From: an uncultured archaeon
GTDB lineage: Archaea; Nanohalarchaeota; Nanosalinia; Nanosalinales; Nanohalalkaliarchaeaceae
NCBI GenBank assembly: GCA_964617945.1
Contig: CAZTXA010000002.1
Location: 1,543 to 46,539, forward strand
Direction of reading: 5' to 3'
Length of the DNA stretch: 44,997 nt
Part shown: one piece after another, positions 39,173 to 44,997 of the stretch
Numbering within the stretch: position 1 is the first letter of the stretch
Layout of the letters: every line of letters starts with the position of its first letter
Notes under the pieces: generated by a model
Told to the model about the DNA's origin: nothing
The model's database searches: none
The model's input: the letters and a program-made list of their open reading frames with translations, nothing else
Translations under genes and position numbers: made by a program

Positions 39173-40932
39173 ACAAGCTTCCACCGCGGATCGATACTGT
39201 CCTTGGTTTCAACGATCTCCTCGAGGATCCTGAGCTCGCCGTCGGAGAACTCGTCCTCCATCTCCTGTATGATCTGGTAATCCTTCGCGGGGATATCGGT
39301 GTACAGTTCCTGGCCCTCCTCTATCTGGCGGCCGACCGTCACATCGGTGATGGACACGGCGACCTCGTCGCCGCGCACCGCCTGCCCGATGCTCTCCCCC
39401 TCGTCCTGTATCGCTTTCACCCGGCCCAGCGTCTCACCGTCCTCGTCCATCAACCGGGAACCGGTGTTGAGCACCCCCTCCCGTATCTCCACACCGACAA
39501 CAGCCGGGTTGGACTGGCGGAACACGTGGTCAGGCAGGAGCCGGATTTTCGCCGGCCGCGTAATCTCGTCCAGGACGGCTTCACGCCGCCGCTGCTGCAG
39601 TTGTTCCACCCATTCCTCGTAGTCCTCGATAAGCTGGTAGATGACATCGCTCTCGAAGTACTGGATATCCGTCCCCGCACAGTATTCGTCTGCCGCGTCC
39701 GTGATACCGGTGCTGAATGCCAGGACGGCGCGGTACTCCCCATCGGCGTTCTCCGCCTCCACCACGTCCTCCTTCTTCACCTTCCCGACGGCCGCCTTCC
39801 GCACCGGGATCTCCCTCTCGGCGAGCGTGTCAGTCAGCGCCTCAAGGCTGCCGAGCGAGTCCGCCCGCACCACGACGCCGTCGTCCTGTGTCTGGATCTG
39901 GAACGACGCCAGCTGCTGTTCGACCGCCTCGACAGCATCCGATGGATCCGTATCTGGCCGTACCGCCCGGACAGGCGCCCCGGCCACAACCCGGTCAAGC
40001 TCAGGGGCTGAAACCTTGACCCCTGCCGCGGCAGCGACACTGTCGATCTGCTGGAACTCCTGTTTCCGCCGCATCTCTGTCAGCGGTTCCGGCTCCAGTA
40101 ACGCCTTCACCGTCGTCGTCACCGTACTGTCCCCGGTCCCGACCACGAGCTGGTCCTCGTCCGTTATCGTCCCGTCCGTGACGATGACGTCGATAGTCGT
40201 CCCGAACCCCTTGACCTCGTTCACCTCCAGTACTGTTCCCTTGCCAGCACCCTCCTCAACGTCCAGCCGGTCTGCGAGGAACCGCTGCGACAGGCCGGCC
40301 AGCGTCATCAACAGGTCCGGGACGCCTTCCCCGGTCTCCGCCGATACAGGGACGACGCCGACGGTCTGCTGGAAATCGTCTACACGGTCGTACCGGTCGA
40401 CAGTGATGCCGCGGTCGGAGAACTCCCCCATCAGGTCGTAGATAGCCTCGTCGAGCCGGTCCTGTACACGGTCCGGCTGCTCCGCGTAACTATTGATAAC
40501 ACACTCGTCCTGCTGCTCCCACCCCGGCAGCGTATCGATCTTGTTCAACGCGATGACGAACGGGGTCCCGGAGTCGTCGAGGATATCGATCGCTTCCCGT
40601 GTCTGCGGCTGGATACCGTCGTTGACATCGATGACAAGCACCGCGATGTCGGACAGGGAGCCACCGCGCCGCCGCAACGCCGAGAACGCGGCGTGACCGG
40701 GCGTATCGATAAATAACAGTCCTGGGATTTCGAAATCGGTGTCGAGCTGGTCCAGCAGCGGGCCGCAGATCTCTTCGATCGTGGCCAGCGGGATCTCGGT
40801 GGCGTCGATCATCTGCGTGATACCGCCCGCCTCCTGCTCCGCTGCGACACTCCCTCTCACAGTATCCAGCAGGGTGGTCTTTCCCGCATCCACGTGGCCG
40901 AGAACGGAGACGATCGGCTGTCTCGTTGGCAT
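39169..40932 (-). CDS. infB: Translation initiation factor aIF5B (IF-2)
   Basis: PIVSVLGHVDAGKTTLLD, IDTPGHAAF, NKID, and the full four-domain length (587 aa) with no intein-sized insertion. Confidence 0.95.
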   Translation of the reverse strand: MPTRQPIVSVLGHVDAGKTTLLDTVRGSVAAEQEAGGITQMIDATEIPLATIEEICGPLLDQLDTDFEIPGLLFIDTPGHAAFSALRRRGGSLSDIAVLVIDVNDGIQPQTREAIDILDDSGTPFVIALNKIDTLPGWEQQDECVINSYAEQPDRVQDRLDEAIYDLMGEFSDRGITVDRYDRVDDFQQTVGVVPVSAETGEGVPDLLMTLAGLSQRFLADRLDVEEGAGKGTVLEVNEVKGFGTTIDVIVTDGTITDEDQLVVGTGDSTVTTTVKALLEPEPLTEMRRKQEFQQIDSVAAAAGVKVSAPELDRVVAGAPVRAVRPDTDPSDAVEAVEQQLASFQIQTQDDGVVVRADSLGSLEALTDTLAEREIPVRKAAVGKVKKEDVVEAENADGEYRAVLAFSTGITDAADEYCAGTDIQYFESDVIYQLIEDYEEWVEQLQQRRREAVLDEITRPAKIRLLPDHVFRQSNPAVVGVEIREGVLNTGSRLMDEDGETLGRVKAIQDEGESIGQAVRGDEVAVSITDVTVGRQIEEGQELYTDIPAKDYQIIQEMEDEFSDGELRILEEIVETKDSIDPRWKLV

Positions 40933-40968
40933 ACAGGGTGAAGAACGGAGAACTATTTAAAAACCTGT

Positions 40969-41118
40969 TCAGTTCTCGGCGTACTCAAGGTTACGGTCCT
41001 TCTCCCAGTTCTTCTCGCATTTCGAGGAGCAGAAATGGAACCGGGTGCCGTCGGACCGGACAAACAGCTTGCCCGCGGTCTTCGGCAGGTCGTCGCCGCA
41101 GTAGGTACATTCAGGCAT
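40969..41118 (-). CDS. rpl24e: Ribosomal protein L24e
   Basis: Hand-translated 49 aa: MPECTYCGDDLPKTAGKLFVRSDGTRFHFCSSKCEKNWEKDRNLEYAEN (CxxC...C..KC zinc motif of L24e). Too short for the ORF track. Conserved L7Ae-S28e-L24e order. Confidence 0.9.
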   Translation of the reverse strand: MPECTYCGDDLPKTAGKLFVRSDGTRFHFCSSKCEKNWEKDRNLEYAEN

Positions 41119-41124
41119 GTGGGA

Positions 41125-41301
41125 TCACTCCATCTCGGTCTCTTCCAGCATCAGGACGTCGTCCTCGCGGACAGGCCCCATCACGTCGCGGACCAGGATC
41201 TTTCCCTCGTCCGAGCCCTCGGTAATCTTGCATCTCACCTTTTTCACACCTCTGTGCCCCTGTTCACCGAGGACCTGTACGACTTCTGCTGGCACCGCCA
41301 T
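41125..41301 (-). CDS. rps28e: Ribosomal protein S28e
   Basis: Start trimmed to ATG 41301: MAVPAEVVQVLGEQGHRGVKKVRCKITEGSDEGKILVRDVMGPVREDDVLMLEETEME. Confidence 0.9.
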   Translation of the reverse strand: MAVPAEVVQVLGEQGHRGVKKVRCKITEGSDEGKILVRDVMGPVREDDVLMLEETEME

Positions 41302-41306
41302 CTGTA

Positions 41307-41663
41307 TCACAGTTCGTCGGTCTTCGACGCGATATCGTCAACGTCGCCGTCTGCGGACCCGGCATCGGTCACGGCGACCGCACTGGTCTGCACGTTGAGA
41401 CCGGCTGCCAGGCCGAGCTCTTCCTTCTCCGGGACGTACGTGTACGGGATGTTGTTCTCCCGGGCGAGCGCCGGCAGATGCATCACGATCTCCGGCGGGT
41501 CAACGTCCTCTGCAAGAACGACCAGGTCGGCGTTGCCGCGTTCAACGGCTTTTGTAACCTCGTTTGCTCCTTTCCGTATCTCCCCGGTATCTCTCGCCTT
41601 TTCCACTGCGTTGTATGTGGATTCGGCCAGTGACTCCGGGACATCGAATTCAACGTAGCTCAT
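41307..41663 (-). CDS. rpl7ae: Ribosomal protein L7Ae (K-turn binding protein)
   Basis: Start trimmed to ATG 41663: [14 protein letters not shown]...[53 protein letters not shown]-like TTTATAAATTTAAT lies about 45-55 nt upstream. Confidence 0.95.
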   Translation of the reverse strand: MSYVEFDVPESLAESTYNAVEKARDTGEIRKGANEVTKAVERGNADLVVLAEDVDPPEIVMHLPALARENNIPYTYVPEKEELGLAAGLNVQTSAVAVTDAGSADGDVDDIASKTDEL

Positions 41664-41759
41664 GTGTGGTACACCTCGAACCGTGTCATCGGCTGACGCA
41701 GGACTGGCGGTATTAAATTTATAAAGCATGCCAGCCCGGCTGGCAGAGAAACAGTTGGT

Positions 41760-42365
41760 TCAGGGGCTGACGATGTCCTTCAGCTCCTCGGTGTCGGTTT
41801 CCGCCTCGTCCAGGATCTGCCGGACACCCTCCTCGGTCTCCCGGTCCTCCTGCAGCGTCCCCTCCATCGACCCGATGTAGTTCTCCATATCGGCCGCGAC
41901 CCGGCGCAGGTCGGAGATGGCGTCCAGCGCGTCACGGAACTTGTCTACGGTGATGAACAGCGGCCCTTTCTCGATGTCCGGAACATCTATATCCCGGACC
42001 TCCGGTGGCTCGGGAACGTCATCGTGTGTCGGCCCGTCGGACGGTTCTTCGTCCCGCTCCTCCACCGTCCCACGGTCCTGCTCTGCCGCGGCCGGCTCGG
42101 CAGGGGGCAGTTCCTCCGGCGGTGTCCCCGGCCGGTCCCGTGTCTGATCCCGGGGATCCTCCTCTTGCCGCTGCTGTCTCCCGCCCCCCCTGTCATCTCG
42201 TAGCTGGTCTGGCGTGACCGGCGGTTCAGGGGGCTGGTTCCGGCCGACGGGTTCCGGGCGTTCACGGCCGCCCTGGACTTTCTCCCGGATCTTGTCGATA
42301 TTCTCCTGCATATCCTCCCGGCCGCGATCATCATCTCCGCCTAAAATATCGTCCAGCATACCCAT
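41760..42365 (-). CDS. Hypothetical protein: long acidic/Pro-rich disordered N-terminal part plus a roughly 70-aa helical C-terminal domain
   Basis: 201 aa. MGMLDDILGGDD..., low-complexity R/E/D/P/Q stretches, then GPLFITVDKFRDALDAISDLRRVAADMENYIGSMEGTLQ.... TATA-like GATATAAAAGG lies about 25 nt upstream of the ATG. Confidence 0.5.
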   Translation of the reverse strand: MGMLDDILGGDDDRGREDMQENIDKIREKVQGGRERPEPVGRNQPPEPPVTPDQLRDDRGGGRQQRQEEDPRDQTRDRPGTPPEELPPAEPAAAEQDRGTVEERDEEPSDGPTHDDVPEPPEVRDIDVPDIEKGPLFITVDKFRDALDAISDLRRVAADMENYIGSMEGTLQEDRETEEGVRQILDEAETDTEELKDIVSP

Positions 42366-42409
42366 ACCTTACGGGATTCCCGCGGCGCCTTTTATATCTT
42401 GCAGCCGTG

Positions 42410-44068
42410 CTACGGGTGGGCGTAGTATGCCTCAACGGTGTCGTCCGCCGACAGGACGTTGACAAACCCGAACCGGACGAACTGGACGAGTTCTGCCGGC
42501 GTCGCCGGCTCGCAGAGACCGTCAACGATGTCGCCGTCCGGCATCGTCACCCTGCACTCCGTCCCGTCCTCCGGCACCCACTGCACGATGGGCGCCTCCC
42601 GCTCCACCGCCTCGGTATGGTCGACGGAGTGGAACGTTGCCTCCTCCCCCTTGATTTCGACGTTGCACAGGTCCTTCAGCCGCAGGAACCCGTCCTCCAG
42701 GTCCTCGCGGTCGATGTATACCGTTGCGGTGCCGTCCTCGACGGCGACAGGGACTGTCCTGGTGCCGCGGTCGTGCTCCGGGTGGTACGGGATGTCAGCC
42801 TCGAGGTCGTCCGGGACACCGGTGATTGTGAGCTCGACAGGGTCTTCAACGAAGAAGTACCGGTCCGCGTCGTCGTCCACCAGCTTCCGGTTCTCCGTGT
42901 ACAGGGTGTCAACGGGGACGCTTACGTCGTTCTCTGACATACCGAACTCGAGCACGAAGTTCCGGATCGCCCCAGGCTCGAACCCGCGTTTCCTGAGGGC
43001 GCGCAGCGACCACGTCCGCGGGTCCGTCCAGCCATCGTACTCGCCCGCGTCGATCCTCTGCCGCGACGTCGACGTCGATAATTGGATGCCCTCGATGCCG
43101 AGGAGGCCGTGGTGCAGGATCTCCGGCTCCTCCCAGCCGAGCAGGTCCCACATGTACCGTTCCATCCGGTCCTCCATCACCAGGTCCTTTCCACGGAGGA
43201 TATGTGTGACGCCGAGCTCGTGGTCGTCGATCGCCCAGGAGAACTCCAGCATCGGCCAGACATGGTAGTCGTCGCCGACACGGGGATGGTCGAGCTCCGC
43301 GATCCGTAACAGGACGCGGTCCCGGAATGCTGGGTCGTCGGCCTGCATATCCGTCTTCAGCCGGACAGCGGCCTCGCCCTCCGCGTAGTCGCCGTCCAGC
43401 ATCCCTTGCCACTTCTCCAGGTTTTCGTCAGGCGTCTGGTCGCGGTGGTCGCAGGCGACACCGTCCTCCCTGTTCTCCCGCAGTGTTTCAGCGTCGCACT
43501 CGCACACGTACGCCCAGCCCTCCTCGAGAAACGTTTCCGCGTAGTCGTAGAACGTGTCCAGCCGGTCGCTCTTGTAGATGATATCGTCGAACTCGACGCC
43601 CAGCCACTCCAGATCTTCAGGGATCGCGTCGTACGCCGAGGGGATCGGCTTCTTCTCCGCGCTGCCCGCGGTGTCGTCGATGACAAGCAGTAGTTCCCCG
43701 TCGTACCGTTTCACGTACTCGTCGTTCAGTACTGCCATGCGGGCGTTGCCGATGTGGAGCATGCCCGAGGGGAACGGCGCCATCCGCATCACGACCTCGC
43801 CGTCCTCCGCGTCCGGGAGGTCAGGAAGGCTGTCGTCCTCCTCGTCGGAGACGTACTCGTGGCCTCCAACGATATCCTCCAGCTCCTCCTCGGACTTGGT
43901 GTTGACCTGAGGGATCACGTCTTCGGCGGTAGAAACGACCTCGCCCGCCCGCTCCTTCAGTTCGGGTTCTTCCGCGAACACCTTGCCGACGACCGCGTCG
44001 ACCTGTGCCTCGCCGTGGTCAAGCGCGTTCCGCGCCGCGTACTTCTGCAGCAGTTCCTCGAGGTCCAT
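42410..44068 (-). CDS. gltX: Glutamyl-tRNA synthetase (archaeal type)
   Basis: 552 aa. HIGH-type motif APFPSGMLHIGNARMA, then RYDGELLLVIDDT, and the archaeal-type N-terminal extension (KYAARNALDHG..). A C-terminal anticodon-binding region is present. Confidence 0.95.
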   Translation of the reverse strand: MDLEELLQKYAARNALDHGEAQVDAVVGKVFAEEPELKERAGEVVSTAEDVIPQVNTKSEEELEDIVGGHEYVSDEEDDSLPDLPDAEDGEVVMRMAPFPSGMLHIGNARMAVLNDEYVKRYDGELLLVIDDTAGSAEKKPIPSAYDAIPEDLEWLGVEFDDIIYKSDRLDTFYDYAETFLEEGWAYVCECDAETLRENREDGVACDHRDQTPDENLEKWQGMLDGDYAEGEAAVRLKTDMQADDPAFRDRVLLRIAELDHPRVGDDYHVWPMLEFSWAIDDHELGVTHILRGKDLVMEDRMERYMWDLLGWEEPEILHHGLLGIEGIQLSTSTSRQRIDAGEYDGWTDPRTWSLRALRKRGFEPGAIRNFVLEFGMSENDVSVPVDTLYTENRKLVDDDADRYFFVEDPVELTITGVPDDLEADIPYHPEHDRGTRTVPVAVEDGTATVYIDREDLEDGFLRLKDLCNVEIKGEEATFHSVDHTEAVEREAPIVQWVPEDGTECRVTMPDGDIVDGLCEPATPAELVQFVRFGFVNVLSADDTVEAYYAHP

Positions 44069-44098
44069 GGGCTTCTGTACGGGGGAACAGGTTTTAAT

Positions 44099-44997
44099 CT
44101 ATTCCAGCTCGATGGTGTGCCCGTTCTGGGAGATGTGCACGTCCTCTTCCAGCACGTACCCTTCCTCCATCGCCAGCGAGGCACACGCGGCAAGCTTCTC
44201 AGTTGTGCCGTGGGCGGGGATGACGTGGTCCGGGTCGAGCATCCGGATCATGTCGCGCTGGTCCTCCCGCATGCCGTGGCCGTGCGAGTGCACGTCCACC
44301 TCGACGCGGGCACCGCTCTCCCGCATCGTCTTCTCCACCTTGTACCGGTTCGCCTCGTTCACCGGGACAGGGATGGTCGTACTCGAGAACACGACCCTGT
44401 CCCCCTCACCGATATCGTACTTGTACTCGCCTTCGGCGATGCGTGTCAGCACGGCGTTGGGTTCGCCCTGGTGACCGGTACAGATGATGAGCCAGTCCTC
44501 CTTGTTGTTCGACGCCTCCTGGAGGAAGTCCTGCACCTCGTCGCGGTAGCTGACGACCTCGTCCACCCGGTTCAGGTCGATGAGGCCGAGCTCGTCCGCG
44601 GACTGGGTGTACTCCTTCAAGGAGCGGCCGACCAGTGCCACTCTCCGCCGTCCTGCATTCGCGTCCAGGATGTTGTTGACGCGGGCGATGTGCGACGAGA
44701 ACGTGGACACGATGACGCCCTCGTTCTCCTGGTACGCCTTGTTCAGGATGTTCCGGAGCTCGGTCGCGGTCTCCTGCTCGGACTTCGTCCGCCCGTCCTC
44801 GTCGGTACGGGTGGAGTCGGCCAGGTATGCAGTGACGCCCTCCTCGCCGAGCTCGCGGATCCTCTGGTAGTCCGGCTTGCCGCCGAGCGTCGGCTCCTCG
44901 TCCAGCTTGAAATCGAGCGAGTACGCCACCGTCCCCTCCTCGGTGTGGAGCACGGTGAGCGGGGTGTGCGGGATGCTGTGGGTGATGTTCACCATCT
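44099..44997 (-). CDS. rnj: aRNase J (metallo-beta-lactamase/beta-CASP ribonuclease), N-terminus beyond the right edge
   Basis: The C-terminal two-thirds is visible. beta-CASP region (VIVSTFSSHIARV, LIICTGHQGEP) and the late MBL motifs VDVHSHGHGMREDQ and VIPAHGT. The reading frame is open to the window end. Confidence 0.85.
   Translation of the reverse strand, partial: MVNITHSIPHTPLTVLHTEEGTVAYSLDFKLDEEPTLGGKPDYQRIRELGEEGVTAYLADSTRTDEDGRTKSEQETATELRNILNKAYQENEGVIVSTFSSHIARVNNILDANAGRRRVALVGRSLKEYTQSADELGLIDLNRVDEVVSYRDEVQDFLQEASNNKEDWLIICTGHQGEPNAVLTRIAEGEYKYDIGEGDRVVFSSTTIPVPVNEANRYKVEKTMRESGARVEVDVHSHGHGMREDQRDMIRMLDPDHVIPAHGTTEKLAACASLAMEEGYVLEEDVHISQNGHTIELE

Noticed and set aside
39169-40932. 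Checked the large information-processing genes (aIF5B, Hef, GluRS, CysRS) for inteins or programmed frameshifts.
   Set aside because: Their lengths are normal and the conserved motifs are contiguous and in a single frame. No intein-sized insertions or Hint motifs were seen.
41664-41730. Search for a K-turn in the L7Ae 5' leader. Autoregulatory K-turns are known for archaeal L7Ae mRNAs.
   Set aside because: I found a C-box-like CGAUGA and a small hairpin (GUCA-GCCGA-UGAC). I could not pair it with a second GA strand to form tandem sheared G-A pairs next to a 3-nt bulge. The support is insufficient to call it.
1-44997. Looked for CRISPR arrays, IS elements, transposases, integrases, prophage genes, toxin-antitoxin pairs and rRNA genes.
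   Set aside because: I found no repeat-spacer periodicity, no DDE, tyrosine or serine recombinase motifs, no terminal inverted repeats and no rRNA-like conserved stretches. The only PIN protein is the conserved Fcf1-like housekeeping type and has no adjacent antitoxin.

Overview
GC-rich, tightly packed archaeal chromosomal segment. Almost every protein is strongly acidic, which fits a halophile (haloarchaeal or nanohaloarchaeal lifestyle). Many genes have an AT-rich TATA-like box about 25-30 nt upstream of the start codon, which implies leaderless mRNAs, and many neighbouring genes overlap by 1-28 nt. I support about 57 genes.

Core information-processing genes:
- Repair and replication: Hef, Hjc-like resolvase, RecJ-like DHH protein.
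- Translation: CysRS, GluRS, aIF2-gamma, aIF5B, and ribosomal proteins S3Ae, S15, S27ae, S24e, S6e, L24e, S28e, L7Ae.
- Transcription: Spt4, Rpo7/RpoE'.
- t6A synthesis: Sua5, Kae1, Bud32.
- Other: aRNase J, inorganic pyrophosphatase.

Ion homeostasis genes: TrkH, TrkA, two CPA2-RCK antiporters, a ZIP transporter and two MscS-like channels.

Three RNA genes are absent from the ORF track:
- an SRP (7S) RNA on the minus strand at about 9.04-9.32 kb
- tRNA-Cys(GCA) at 9527-9597
- tRNA-Gln(UUG) at 14502-14643, carrying a roughly 69-nt intron at a non-canonical D-arm position

I also hand-called several CDSs missing from the track: a 5'-complete coiled-coil gene running off the left edge (1-1750, minus strand), S27ae, L24e and three mini-ORFs.

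The most interesting region is 26.9-33.1 kb. It holds three RimK-type ATP-grasp ligases (one degenerate), an AstE/AspA (M14-like) zinc deacylase/carboxypeptidase, a DUF1704 (MATCAP/QEGLA-type) metallopeptidase, and an MscS channel fused to a cysteine-free C39-peptidase-like domain. I read this as a candidate writer/eraser system for acidic peptide tails or small acidic peptides, but this is an inference that needs testing.

The second notable locus is a TATA-preceded 25-codon ORF with 8 Cys codons, lying directly upstream of tRNA-Cys, a Nudix gene and cysS.

I saw no CRISPR array, transposase, integrase or rRNA. All coordinates of RNA ends and promoters are approximate, and no database searches were possible.
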